This document shows, piece after piece, positions 7,588-17,018 of a DNA stretch of 37,209 nt; within the stretch, counting starts at the first letter, position 1; each line of letters starts with the position of its first letter. Made by a program: the position numbers and the translations under genes. Under the pieces are notes generated by a model. The model saw only the letters and a program-made list of their open reading frames with translations, ran no database searches and was not told the origin of the DNA. Origin of the DNA: Verrucomicrobiota bacterium (GTDB taxonomy: Bacteria > Verrucomicrobiota > Verrucomicrobiia > Limisphaerales > UBA1100). The DNA lies in the NCBI GenBank assembly GCA_028872645.1, contig JAPKDK010000003.1, positions 1-37,209 on the forward strand, read 5' to 3'.

Positions 7588-9003
7588 ATGGCGTTTATCC
7601 ACGACGATTTTTTGTTAGGCAATGAGCCGGCGCGCCGGTTGTACCACGAGTACGCCGCGGGCGAGCCGATTCTGGATTACCACAACCACCTGCCGCCGGC
7701 GGAGATTGCGGGCAACCGGCAGTTCGCAAACCTCAGCGAGGTGTGGCTCGAAGGCGACCATTACAAGTGGCGGGCCATGCGCGCCAATGGCGAGCCCGAA
7801 GAGGCCATCACCGGCAGCTCCGACGCCAAGCAAAAATTCCTCGCGTGGGCGCGCACGGTGCCACACACGCTTTGCAATCCGCTCTATCACTGGACCCATT
7901 TGGAATTGAGCCGGCACTTCGGCATCGATACTTTGCTGGACGAATCGACGGCGGAGGAAATCTGGGAAACCGCCAACGCCAAGCTCGCGCAGCCGGAACT
8001 TTCGGTGCACGGAGTTTTGAAACAGTTCGACGTTCGCGCGCTGTGCACCACCGATGACCCCACCGAAAGCCTCGCGCAACACGAGGCTATCGCCGCGCTG
8101 GGCCTCGACACGAAGGTGTACCCGACCTTCCGCCCCGACAAGGCTTGGCGGGTCGATGAGCCGGAGCTGTTCAACGCATGGGCCGACAAGCTCGCTGACG
8201 CCGCCATTGGCGACACGGGGACGCTGACTGGCTTTCTCGCAGCGCTCGAAAAACGCATCGACGATTTCCACACCATCGGCTCGCGGCTCAGCGACCACAG
8301 CTTCCCGTACGCTTACGCCGATTTCCCCGGCGACGCGAAGGCCGCCGCCATTTTTAACAAGGCCCGCGCGGGCACCGCCGCCACGCTGAAGGAACAGGAG
8401 CAATTCGGCGCGCACATCATGCAGCACCTCGGTCGCTGCTATGCCCAACGCGGCTGGGCGATGCAATTGCACATTGGCCCGCTGCGCAACAACAACTCGC
8501 GCCTCTTCAAAACCATCGGCCCCGACATCGGCTGCGACTCCATCGGCGACTGGCAACAAGCCGCGCCGCTCTCCGCGTTTCTCGACCGCCTTGACCGCGA
8601 TCAGTCGCTGCCAAAAACCATCCTTTATAATAATAACCCGATGGACAATTTAACCTTCGCCACAGTGATCGGAAATTTCCAGGGGGATGCAACGGGGATG
8701 CCGGGCAAAATGCAGTTCGGCAGCGGCTGGTGGCACGCCGACCAACAGGAAGGTATGGAATGGCAAATGAAAGCCCTTGCCAACACCGGCCTTCTCTCCC
8801 GCTTCATCGGCATGCTCACCGACTCGCGTTCGTTTCTAAGCTTCCCACGCCACGAATATTTCCGCCGCACCCTCTGCAACCTCATCGGCGAATCCATGGC
8901 CAACGGCAAACTTCCCGACGACTACAGCCTCGTCGGCGGCATGGTGAAACGCATCAGCTACCAAAACGCGAGAGAGTATTTGAAGTTGGTTGTGGCGGAC
9001 TAA
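7588..9003 (+). CDS. uxaC: Glucuronate (uronate) isomerase
   Basis: ILDYHNHL, GDHYKWRAMRANG, NPLYHWTHLEL, CTTDDP, PTFRPD, QFGSGWW, GMLTDSRSFLSFPRHEYFRR. 471 aa. Confidence 0.97.
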   Translation: MAFIHDDFLLGNEPARRLYHEYAAGEPILDYHNHLPPAEIAGNRQFANLSEVWLEGDHYKWRAMRANGEPEEAITGSSDAKQKFLAWARTVPHTLCNPLYHWTHLELSRHFGIDTLLDESTAEEIWETANAKLAQPELSVHGVLKQFDVRALCTTDDPTESLAQHEAIAALGLDTKVYPTFRPDKAWRVDEPELFNAWADKLADAAIGDTGTLTGFLAALEKRIDDFHTIGSRLSDHSFPYAYADFPGDAKAAAIFNKARAGTAATLKEQEQFGAHIMQHLGRCYAQRGWAMQLHIGPLRNNNSRLFKTIGPDIGCDSIGDWQQAAPLSAFLDRLDRDQSLPKTILYNNNPMDNLTFATVIGNFQGDATGMPGKMQFGSGWWHADQQEGMEWQMKALANTGLLSRFIGMLTDSRSFLSFPRHEYFRRTLCNLIGESMANGKLPDDYSLVGGMVKRISYQNAREYLKLVVAD

Positions 9004-10028
9004 TCAATCCGCAGAATGCGGTTGTGGCCGGTGTCGACAACGTAAAGCTTCCCCTTTTCCCACGTGACGCCGTGTGGGTAATCAAGCTTCACTTTCCCGT
9101 GGCCGAGCACCGTTGAGACCTTGCCGGTCTTGGGGTTATACTTCCGGATTAGATCATTCGCCTCGTCGGCAATGTAAACGTTGTCCGCATCGTCCACGCA
9201 AATGTGCTTGGGTGCGCCGAGGGTGGCCAGTTTTCCGGGGCCATCTTTTTTGCCGCGCTTGCCGGTGCCGGCGACAGTGTAGATTTTGCCGTTGGGGCGC
9301 ACGACGCGCAACGCGTGGCCGCTGCGCTCGAGGATGTAAACATTGCCCTTCGAGTCGGGCGCAACGGCGCGCGGGTCGAAGAGCGGTGCGGCGGTGGCCT
9401 TCGCGCCATCCTTGGGCACCCCGCGCCTGCCATTGCCCGCAAGGGTGTTGACTTTGCCGGTCTTTAAATCCGCCACGCGAATGCGTCGGTTGCCGATGTC
9501 CGCAATGTAAATCTTGTCGTGCGCGGCGTTCATGGTGATGCACATCACATTGGTAAACGTCGCTTTTCCGTTTGGCCCACCGTCCCCACTGAAACCTTTG
9601 TTGCCCGTACCGATCACGGTGCTGATGCGGCCTTTCGTATCAATTTTGCGAACACAGAAATTCCACGTGTCGCTGATATACACGTCGCCCTTGGGCATCA
9701 CGGCCACGTTGTGCATGCCATTAAAAGTAGCGTCCTTCGCGGGGCCGCCGTCGCCCTTGTAACTTTTGCTGCCATCGCCGCCGATGGTGGTGAAGACATT
9801 GCGCGGCGTCAGCTTGTGCACGCGACCCCCACCGAGTTCCACAATCCACATGTTGCCCTTCGCATCAAAATCCACGCCGAAAGGCTGCTTCAGCGGATTC
9901 AGCTGAGTGGTCAACGGCCCGCCTTCGCCGGGATTCCAACTGCCGTAAATGAGAGACACCTTGGATTCAGCCGCGCACGCAGAGTTCGAGATGAGGCACG
10001 CGGCAAAAAGTGGAAGGATGGTTTTCAT
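9000..10028 (-). CDS. Secreted NHL-repeat beta-propeller protein
   Basis: Signal peptide. Repeated blades (PFGVDFD, GDGGPAKDATF, GFSGDGGP, PRAVAPDSKGNVYI, YIADE, YVVDTGHNRI). Confidence 0.88.
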   Translation of the reverse strand: MKTILPLFAACLISNSACAAESKVSLIYGSWNPGEGGPLTTQLNPLKQPFGVDFDAKGNMWIVELGGGRVHKLTPRNVFTTIGGDGSKSYKGDGGPAKDATFNGMHNVAVMPKGDVYISDTWNFCVRKIDTKGRISTVIGTGNKGFSGDGGPNGKATFTNVMCITMNAAHDKIYIADIGNRRIRVADLKTGKVNTLAGNGRRGVPKDGAKATAAPLFDPRAVAPDSKGNVYILERSGHALRVVRPNGKIYTVAGTGKRGKKDGPGKLATLGAPKHICVDDADNVYIADEANDLIRKYNPKTGKVSTVLGHGKVKLDYPHGVTWEKGKLYVVDTGHNRILRID

Positions 10029-10094
10029 ATGCGCGGATTGTCACAGGTACCGCCGGGCTTGGCAATGCACGGTTGGATCGGTATCGTCCGGCGC

Positions 10095-10820
10095 ATGAGT
10101 TTAACGGGACAAAACGCATTGGTGCTGGGCGGCGGCTCAGGAATGGGCGAGGCAATTGCGCTGGCGCTGGCGAAGGAGGGCATGAACGTGGCCATCGCCG
10201 GTCGGCGGTTGGAAAATCTTGATGCCGTGGCAGCGCAGTCGGACACCGAAATGCTGACGCGCACCGCCGACGTGGGCGATCGCGAAAGTGTGCGGGCACT
10301 ATTCGAATGGTTCGCGGGGAGGTTTGACCGGCTGCATTTGTTGGTGAACAGCGCGGGCGTGAATGTGCCCAACCGCTCAATGGCCGAGCTATCGCCGGAA
10401 GATTGGGACAAGCTCATGCGCATCAACGCCACCGGCGCGTTCAACTGTTTGCACTTCGGTCTGCCGTTGATGCGGCCGCACAAGGCGGGATTGATCATCA
10501 ACATTTCGTCCATCGCCGGCTTGCGCGCGAACCCTCTCGGCGGGGTGGCTTACAACGCCAGCAAGTTTGCCATGAACGCGCTGGGCACTTCCGCGGCGGG
10601 TGATGAACTGAAAAACAACATCCGTATCACGACGATTTGCCCCGGTGAAGTGGATACGCCCATTCTCGATGACCGCCCCGAGCCGCCCAGCGCCGAACAT
10701 CGCGCCACGATTTTGAGAGCCACCGACGTGGCCGAAATGGTCGTCGCCGTCGCCCGGCTCCCCGCCCGCGCACACGTGCCGGAACTGACGATCAAGCCGA
10801 CGTCGCAGTTGTTCGTGTGA
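10095..10820 (+). CDS. Short-chain dehydrogenase/reductase (SDR)
   Basis: Start placed at ATG 10095 (MSLTGQNALVLGGGSGMG, Rossmann motif). Also VNSAG, YNASK and PGEVDT. The 5' extension of the 9519 ORF is antisense to the NHL gene. Confidence 0.92.
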   Translation: MSLTGQNALVLGGGSGMGEAIALALAKEGMNVAIAGRRLENLDAVAAQSDTEMLTRTADVGDRESVRALFEWFAGRFDRLHLLVNSAGVNVPNRSMAELSPEDWDKLMRINATGAFNCLHFGLPLMRPHKAGLIINISSIAGLRANPLGGVAYNASKFAMNALGTSAAGDELKNNIRITTICPGEVDTPILDDRPEPPSAEHRATILRATDVAEMVVAVARLPARAHVPELTIKPTSQLFV

Positions 10821-10828
10821 ACTCATTT

Positions 10829-10885
10829 TTCACCACAGAGGCACAGAGAACACAGAGGTGAAAATCTCTGTGCCTCTGTGGTGAA
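10829..10885. repeat. Perfect 21-bp inverted repeat (REP-like CACAGAG element), possibly acting as a terminator
   Basis: TTCACCACAGAGGCACAGAGA (10829-10849) and TCTCTGTGCCTCTGTGGTGAA (10865-10885). The 15-nt spacer holds a third CACAGAG. Lies directly after the SDR stop. Confidence 0.9.
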
Positions 10886-10987
10886 TTTACTGCTCCCCTT
10901 CGTGACTCCAGCCCATAAAAAGGTGGCAATTACGCGCGCGTTCTGCTAATTATCCAAAACGGAACCACGCTGGCCCGCAGGTTTTTA

Positions 10988-12241
10988 ATGTTTGCCCGCA
11001 AACAGATCGACATCGGTTACCGCGACTTAGCTGCAGCCTTGGGCTATTGCCTGTGGCCAAGGTCGAGTCGGCAGCGCCTTGAGACAGAGCTTACGCAGCT
11101 TTGGGCCGAGGGTGGCGATGCGGTCACCGCGCTTTCTGTTCGCACCGCTTTCGATTGTTGGTTGGCCACCGTTAATCTTCCGCGCGGCAGCGAGGTCATC
11201 ATTAGCGGCATCAACATCCCCGACATGGCGCGCATCCTCGAACATCACGGGCTGCAAATGGTGCCGGTGGATGTGGATTTGCACACTATGGAAATCCTCG
11301 CCGACGAAGTGGAGGACGCCATCACCCCGCGCACGCGGCTGGTGCTCGTGGCGCATCTCTTCGGCTCGCGCATGGACATGGATCCGGTTTTTAAAATCAC
11401 CGGCCAACATCCGGATATTTTGGTTGTGGAAGACTGCGCGCAGGCGTTTGACGGATGCGAAGGCTATCGCGGCGATGCCCGCAGCGCACTCAGCCTCTTT
11501 AGCTTCGGCGCCATCAAAACCGCCAGCGCATTGGGCGGTGCCCTGGCCCGCGTACGCAATACCGACGTGCGCGAACGGATGCGCACGATGATGGCCGAGT
11601 ACCCCGCGCAAGGCCGCGGTTATTTTTTCAAACGCACTCTGAAATTTGCCGCACTCAAGACGCTTGGCCTCAACTGGATTTACACCGCTTTCACCCAAGC
11701 CTGCGGAATGTTTGGGGTGGATTATGATTTGCTCGTCGTCAACGCTGTGCGCGGATTTCGTGGCGATCTCATCCCGCTCCTGCACCGCCAACCCGCCCTG
11801 CCCCAACTGGCACTCTTGCGGCGGCGGCTGCGCCAATACCCACGCTCCCGACTTGAGGCCCGCCGCCACGCCGGCCAGCTTGTTAACCATCAGCTACCCA
11901 CCTCACTCCGCTGCGCCGGCCACGCTAACCCGCATAACACGTGGTGGCTCTTTCCAGTTTATACCAACTACAAGTCCGAACTGGTCAACGACCTGCGCGC
12001 CGAAGGTTTTGACGCCACCGCCTCCTCCTCCCAACTCTGCGCAATGGAAGGTGTGGACGGACCCGCAGTTGATTGTGAGGATTTCATTGACGGCACCGTA
12101 TACGTGCCCGTCTATGCTGACATCCCACACGATGCACTCGACCGCCTAGCCGCAACTCTCCGACAGCACGCCCAAGCCATCCCCAGCGCACTCGAGGAAG
12201 AACCGGAAACAGAACTGGAACCGGCAATTCTGGCCGATTAA
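10988..12241 (+). CDS. PLP-dependent DegT/DnrJ/EryC1/StrS-family aminotransferase-like protein
   Basis: VPVDVD, AITPRTRLVLVAHLFG, VVEDCAQAF, FSFGAIKTASALGG (PLP Lys), WWLFPV. Confidence 0.85.
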   Translation: MFARKQIDIGYRDLAAALGYCLWPRSSRQRLETELTQLWAEGGDAVTALSVRTAFDCWLATVNLPRGSEVIISGINIPDMARILEHHGLQMVPVDVDLHTMEILADEVEDAITPRTRLVLVAHLFGSRMDMDPVFKITGQHPDILVVEDCAQAFDGCEGYRGDARSALSLFSFGAIKTASALGGALARVRNTDVRERMRTMMAEYPAQGRGYFFKRTLKFAALKTLGLNWIYTAFTQACGMFGVDYDLLVVNAVRGFRGDLIPLLHRQPALPQLALLRRRLRQYPRSRLEARRHAGQLVNHQLPTSLRCAGHANPHNTWWLFPVYTNYKSELVNDLRAEGFDATASSSQLCAMEGVDGPAVDCEDFIDGTVYVPVYADIPHDALDRLAATLRQHAQAIPSALEEEPETELEPAILAD

Positions 12242-12299
12242 TTCTTTTTTTCTCAAAAAAGCCTGACTCCGGTCCACATTTCGTCTTCAATCCGCGCCG

Positions 12300-13268
12300 A
12301 TGCGTGCGATTGATGAATTCTCCAGTGAACAGGAAGCCCGGCTACTGGGCGATTACCTGTACGCCAAGGGCATCAGCAATGACGTGGACGAGGAAGATGG
12401 CGTGTGGACGCTGTGGATTCACGATGACGATCAACTCGCAAAAGCCAAAGACGAACTGAAGGCGTTCCGTTCCAACCCCACCAACAGCCAATACGCCGAG
12501 GGCGCCCGTCAAGCCGCCACCCTGCGTAAAGAGGAAGCCCAAGCAGATGCACTCGCGGCAAAACGCCAAGTGGATGTGCGCACCCAAGTCTTTGGGCAAA
12601 GCACGACGGGCACGCCGTATCTCACGTTTCTAATCATCGGTCTTTGCGTGATGGTTCAGGTGATGACCGTGGCGGAAAAAGATGTCAGTAAGCTCAAGAT
12701 TTCTAACTTCCCCGCAAAGCAACATATCACCGTTACTCGGGTTTTAACTGGGGAAGAAACACAGAAAGTAAACGACACTTTTCTGGCGGAAATAACAGGC
12801 AAAAAAGTGTTGGTAGGCAGCAAATATGAAAAGGCGGGGACTGGCCAAGTGTGGCGACTGGTGACGCCCATTCTTTTGCACTTCGGCTGGATGCATTTTA
12901 TTTTCAACCTTTACTGGCTATATTTTTTAGGCGGCGGCATGGAAGGCAAACTCGGTACAGGACGATTCCTAGGGTTCATTCTGTTGGCGGCCGTTCTTTC
13001 CAACCTCGGCCAATACCTGCTCAGCGGGCCCAACTTTGGCGGAATGTCAGGTGTCAACTACGGGCTCTTCGGCTACCTTTGGATTCGCGGTAACCGCGAT
13101 CCAAGCTTTGGCCTGCAGCTCGATCAGGGGACCATCGCGATGCTTCTCATTTGGTTTGCCCTTTGTTTTACCGGTCTTGTCGGCCCCATCGCTAACACCG
13201 CCCATACGCTGGGATTAGTCGTAGGCGTCGCCGGCGGCTGGCTCGCCGCCCAACGGGCGATGCGGTAA
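12300..13268 (+). CDS. glpG: Rhomboid intramembrane serine protease with GlpG-type N-terminal cytoplasmic domain
   Basis: GQVWRLVTPILLHFGWMHFIFN, FGGMSGVNYGLFGY (catalytic Ser), IANTAHTLGL (catalytic His). N-terminal ARLLGDYLYAKGI domain. Confidence 0.9.
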   Translation: MRAIDEFSSEQEARLLGDYLYAKGISNDVDEEDGVWTLWIHDDDQLAKAKDELKAFRSNPTNSQYAEGARQAATLRKEEAQADALAAKRQVDVRTQVFGQSTTGTPYLTFLIIGLCVMVQVMTVAEKDVSKLKISNFPAKQHITVTRVLTGEETQKVNDTFLAEITGKKVLVGSKYEKAGTGQVWRLVTPILLHFGWMHFIFNLYWLYFLGGGMEGKLGTGRFLGFILLAAVLSNLGQYLLSGPNFGGMSGVNYGLFGYLWIRGNRDPSFGLQLDQGTIAMLLIWFALCFTGLVGPIANTAHTLGLVVGVAGGWLAAQRAMR

Positions 13269-13275
13269 TTGGGAG

Positions 13276-13312
13276 GGACGATTTCCACCTCGTCTTGTTT
13301 TCTTTTTTTTTT
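13276..13312 (+). terminator. Likely intrinsic terminator after the rhomboid gene
   Basis: GGACGA-TTTCCACC-TCGTCT hairpin followed by a long T tract, between convergent genes. The stem is short. Confidence 0.55.
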
Positions 13313-13320
13313 CAAGCCGC

Positions 13321-14061
13321 CTAGCGCATATCGGCACCGAATTGATATTTTTTATCATTCACCGTCACATTCGGTGGCCGCTTGGTTTTTTTAAACCAAT
13401 CGTAGCCGGCCTTAAGATTTTCCCATTCGCTCATCCACTTGGATTTCCGGTGGCGTTTCATATTGGCCTCAGTCATCCGAAAGGGAAAACAATGCACGCG
13501 AAAAAAGCGTTGGCCGTTTTGCTGCGCGGCGGCGCACAATGAATAAATTTCCTCAATGCGCGGATCGGTCATCGCGTAGCAGCCGATGCTCACGCAATTG
13601 CCGTGCACCATCAACGCGCTGCCGGTGCGTTGGCGCGCTCGGTCATAGGCATTGGGATAGCCAAGGTTAAAAGACAAATGAAACCGACTGCGCGGATTCA
13701 TTCGCGCGCTCGGCACAAAATAAAACCCTTCTGGCGCTTGCCCATCGCCCTCCTTCAGCTTGGGGCCCAGCTCGCCGGAAAATTTACAAATGACCCACGT
13801 CTTGAAAAGTTTAAACTGTTTCCCATCATCCACCCACAGCTCGAGCTGTTTCTCTTCCTTAAAAACACGAATGTACACTGGCGCGCCCCAGTGCAAGCCT
13901 TTCACACGGAGGGCCGCTTCCAGCGCCGGGCGGACCCGCTTTGACGCAGCCGCAAAACGATCTGAGCGCGGCGCATATCTCCACGCGGACAAAGCAAATA
14001 CGCCAAAAAACAACACGCCGATGACCAGCAAGAATCGCAAGCGACTATTTTCCCTAAACAC
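13321..14061 (-). CDS. YkuD L,D-transpeptidase family protein, YafK/DpaA(LdtF)-like
   Basis: VYIRVFKEEKQLELW, GPKLKEGDGQAPEGFY, FHLSFNLGYPNAYD, LMVHGNCVSIGCYAMTD, VHCFPFRMT. Start uncertain (GTG 14061 chosen; the ORF is open to 14121). Confidence 0.88.
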   Translation of the reverse strand: MFRENSRLRFLLVIGVLFFGVFALSAWRYAPRSDRFAAASKRVRPALEAALRVKGLHWGAPVYIRVFKEEKQLELWVDDGKQFKLFKTWVICKFSGELGPKLKEGDGQAPEGFYFVPSARMNPRSRFHLSFNLGYPNAYDRARQRTGSALMVHGNCVSIGCYAMTDPRIEEIYSLCAAAQQNGQRFFRVHCFPFRMTEANMKRHRKSKWMSEWENLKAGYDWFKKTKRPPNVTVNDKKYQFGADMR

Positions 14062-14135
14062 GCGGCAGACATTAGATAAATCCAACGAATCGAGCCATCG
14101 CAAGTTATGGACAAGCGGCAATCGCTCGATGCGAT

Positions 14136-15242
14136 TTATCGACTTGTGGGCACCGTTTCGTCGGCCAGCTTTTCGCCTTTTCCTCGCAAATGCCGCCTCA
14201 GAAACAAGCGCACCTGATTCTCACCCACAGCCCGTGGCGCGTTGTGGCCACCGTCTTCCACTGTGATAAGCGTGGATTCCACACCAACTTTCTTTAATGC
14301 CGCGTGGTAGATCTGCGATTGATGAAACGGCACCAACGGATCCTTGGTACCATGCACGTGCAAATGCGGCGCATCATCCTTGCTGACATGTGTGAGTGGT
14401 GAAGCTTGCCGCGTCTTCTCCTTCGCCTCCTGAATCGGTGCGCCGATCAGCAAGCTTTCAGGAGAATCGGGAGCATTATGCTTCATGCGACTCGGATGAT
14501 CATCCATTTGCAACAACGCACTGGGGCCATAATAATTTACCACGGCCGTTACACGACTGGATTGGCCGAGGTGCTTGCCTTGTTTACCTTCCAACTCCTT
14601 CACGCCACCAGTTGATCCGAGCATGGAAACCAGATGCCCACCAGCTGAGGAACCCCATACCGCAATCTTGTCTGGATCTATTCCGTGTTCCTTCGCGTTG
14701 CCGCGCAACCATCGGATGGCTGCCTTACAGTCGTGAATCTGTGCCGGCCAAATGGCTTCACCCGTGAGCCGGTAGCCGATACTTACGCCGACAAATTGGC
14801 CGGTTTTGACCAAGCCTGTCACCCGGTTTATGCCACTATTCTTGTTGCCGTTGCGCCAACCACCACCATGAATGAAAGCGATCACCGGCAGCGATTCCTT
14901 GCCTTCACGCTTCACCGGCAAAATCAAATCGAGCATCTGCCTCGGGTTCTCTGTGCCGGCATAGAGAATGTCTCGCTGCACCTTGACATCTCTTGGTTGA
15001 GATGGCTCGGCATTACGAGGGCGTTTTAAGAAGCGCAAATGCTCTTCCATTGTAATGGTGCCATCCTTGTTGGCATCCACTCGCGAGAAATTGCGCCGGG
15101 CATTTTGTGGCAATTCTGACAGCATCAGTTTACCGTCCTTGTTCCTGTCCCACTGCTTGAACAATGCCTCCGGTGAAGCCTTTTGCGCCGAAGCCCATGG
15201 CCCAAGCGTCACCAAAAATATGCCACAAATAACCTTCTTCAT
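14136..15242 (-). CDS. Secreted alpha/beta hydrolase (HSL/BD-FAE-like esterase) with an N-terminal EF-hand pair
   Basis: EF-hand loops DRNKDGKLMLSE and DANKDGTITMEE. HGGGW oxyanion motif, GSSAGG nucleophile, HGTKDPLVP, GGH. Confidence 0.9.
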   Translation of the reverse strand: MKKVICGIFLVTLGPWASAQKASPEALFKQWDRNKDGKLMLSELPQNARRNFSRVDANKDGTITMEEHLRFLKRPRNAEPSQPRDVKVQRDILYAGTENPRQMLDLILPVKREGKESLPVIAFIHGGGWRNGNKNSGINRVTGLVKTGQFVGVSIGYRLTGEAIWPAQIHDCKAAIRWLRGNAKEHGIDPDKIAVWGSSAGGHLVSMLGSTGGVKELEGKQGKHLGQSSRVTAVVNYYGPSALLQMDDHPSRMKHNAPDSPESLLIGAPIQEAKEKTRQASPLTHVSKDDAPHLHVHGTKDPLVPFHQSQIYHAALKKVGVESTLITVEDGGHNAPRAVGENQVRLFLRRHLRGKGEKLADETVPTSR

Positions 15243-16099
15243 TTCGGCTCCTTCGTGATTGTCGGCTCACCCTTCAGCCACCCAAGCGAATTCAGGAAAT
15301 CATCCATCTTGATTACGGTGTCTGGATAAGCATCACCCTTACTTTTGTTAAAGAACCCATGAGTCGCCCCCTCGTAAAGGTGCAGCTCACTACGGCTACC
15401 CACAGCCACCAAACGTTTTTCGTACTCCTGAGCGGTACTCACCGGAATCAGTTTATCCTTGGTCCCAAGAAAAACAATCGTCGGAGGAGCTCCCTTGCGA
15501 ATATTGTGCATCGGAGAAATCTCCTTCCAACGTGGTTTCACCCGATCATACCCATAGCCCTTGGAGCTGTTATCATAAACCGGATTAAAGAGTACCAGCA
15601 CATCAGGCTTGCTGCTGACCTTTAGGTTCTCGCCTTCCTCTTCCAACCCCGGGCAATTACCCGTAGCCGCAGCAACGTGCCCACCAGCCGAACCACCGCC
15701 CGCAGCCACGCGCTTGGGATCCACTCCCAATTTAGCAGCGTTGGCCCGCACCCAACGGATGGCTGACTTGCCATCTTTCACACACTCAAAGGGGGTTGTC
15801 TTGTTACGGCTTTTCACTCGGTACTCCGCAGTGATCGCCACCATCCCTCGCGAGGCGAGATACGTACAGTGAGGTTCAAATTGCTTAGGTGTCCCCCCGC
15901 TCCAGCCCCCTCCAAAGAAGAATACAATTGCCGGGCGTCGATCCGAGGCCTTGTGGTCCTTAGGATTAAATACGTGCAAGAACAGTTTGGTGTCCTCCAC
16001 TTGTTTATACTGAATGACCTTCGCTCCATCGAGTTTGACCAATTGGGCTGAGACCGCTAGTGGCAGCACGAATGAGAGTAGGAGTAATGCGCGTTTCAT
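15239..16099 (-). CDS. Secreted alpha/beta hydrolase (esterase)
   Basis: FFGGGW, GGSAGGH, LFNPV, GTKDKLIP, HGFFN. Signal peptide. Confidence 0.9.
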   Translation of the reverse strand: MKRALLLLSFVLPLAVSAQLVKLDGAKVIQYKQVEDTKLFLHVFNPKDHKASDRRPAIVFFFGGGWSGGTPKQFEPHCTYLASRGMVAITAEYRVKSRNKTTPFECVKDGKSAIRWVRANAAKLGVDPKRVAAGGGSAGGHVAAATGNCPGLEEEGENLKVSSKPDVLVLFNPVYDNSSKGYGYDRVKPRWKEISPMHNIRKGAPPTIVFLGTKDKLIPVSTAQEYEKRLVAVGSRSELHLYEGATHGFFNKSKGDAYPDTVIKMDDFLNSLGWLKGEPTITKEPK

Positions 16100-16103
16100 G
16101 AAT

Positions 16104-17018
16104 TTATTTTTTGAAAAATGGGAATAGTGTTTTTAACTCCGCTTCGCTCGGGCGGCGGCCATATTCGCAAAGTTCAAATGCCTCGGCAGTTTTCACAGCC
16201 TTGCCTTTCTCCGGGCCATACCATTTCACCAGTGACTTGCGGAAGCGATCAGCAATGCGGCCATTACGACCAGTCCAATTAGCCTTGAGGATTTCCTTGC
16301 GCGCCACGGGATCGTGAGCCTTGCTTCGAATAAGTGTCTGCGCCGAGCCATTTGCGCCACCCTCGTAAACTTGTGATTCCAGTGCATCGAGCGCATGCAC
16401 TTTTTCATCGAACACATCGTCGATAGAAATCGCGATGTCTGCCTGGAAAGGATAGGGGCGAGTAAAGCGATCGGGGAAATACATAAAGACAGGCATCCGC
16501 TTCACCGGCGGCGTATCGGGCACATAAAACGGAACGCCCACCATGAAGGCCGCATCGCGAATGAGCAGTCCGGCGTTGCGGTGATCCGGATGATAATCAT
16601 GCGGGCGATGAGTGAAAACAAGGTCTGCCTGCCATTCGCGAATTAGTCGTGCAATAGTTTTGCGATTAGCGAGCGTGGGCATGATTTCGCCATCGTGAAT
16701 ATCCAACACTAGCGACTCCACTCCCATGCGCTTGGCTGCTTCCTTTGATTCAGCGGTGCGGCGCTTCGCCAACGGACCGCCGGCCATTTTCCAGTGACCA
16801 ATGTCGCCGTTGGTCACAGACACAAGCTTAACCTTGTGTCCGAGCTGCGCCCACTTGATAGCACAACCGCCCAACTGAAACTCCGCATCATCCGGATGCG
16901 CGCCAAAGGCAATAATGCGCAGCACGCGCTTGGGCTGTGCTGCGGCGTCCGCGAGGGAAACCAAAAGCGAGAGGCACAACAGGGCGGCAAGAATACGATT
17001 CATTTTCATACGATTCAT
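16104..17018 (-). CDS. PIG-L/LmbE family deacetylase, secreted
   Basis: GAHPDDAE, VTNGDIG, DYHPDH, AEAFE. Signal peptide. Confidence 0.92.
   Translation of the reverse strand: MNRMKMNRILAALLCLSLLVSLADAAAQPKRVLRIIAFGAHPDDAEFQLGGCAIKWAQLGHKVKLVSVTNGDIGHWKMAGGPLAKRRTAESKEAAKRMGVESLVLDIHDGEIMPTLANRKTIARLIREWQADLVFTHRPHDYHPDHRNAGLLIRDAAFMVGVPFYVPDTPPVKRMPVFMYFPDRFTRPYPFQADIAISIDDVFDEKVHALDALESQVYEGGANGSAQTLIRSKAHDPVARKEILKANWTGRNGRIADRFRKSLVKWYGPEKGKAVKTAEAFELCEYGRRPSEAELKTLFPFFKK

Noticed and set aside
7615-8559. 314-aa minus-strand ORF
   Set aside because: Antisense shadow of uxaC.
9519-10094. Apparent 192-aa N-terminal extension of the SDR
   Set aside because: Overlaps the NHL gene on the opposite strand; the SDR Rossmann motif begins right after ATG 10095.
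10829-10885. CACAGAG repeats as a CRISPR array or IS end
   Set aside because: It is one hairpin with no repeat-spacer series, no cas genes and no transposase nearby.
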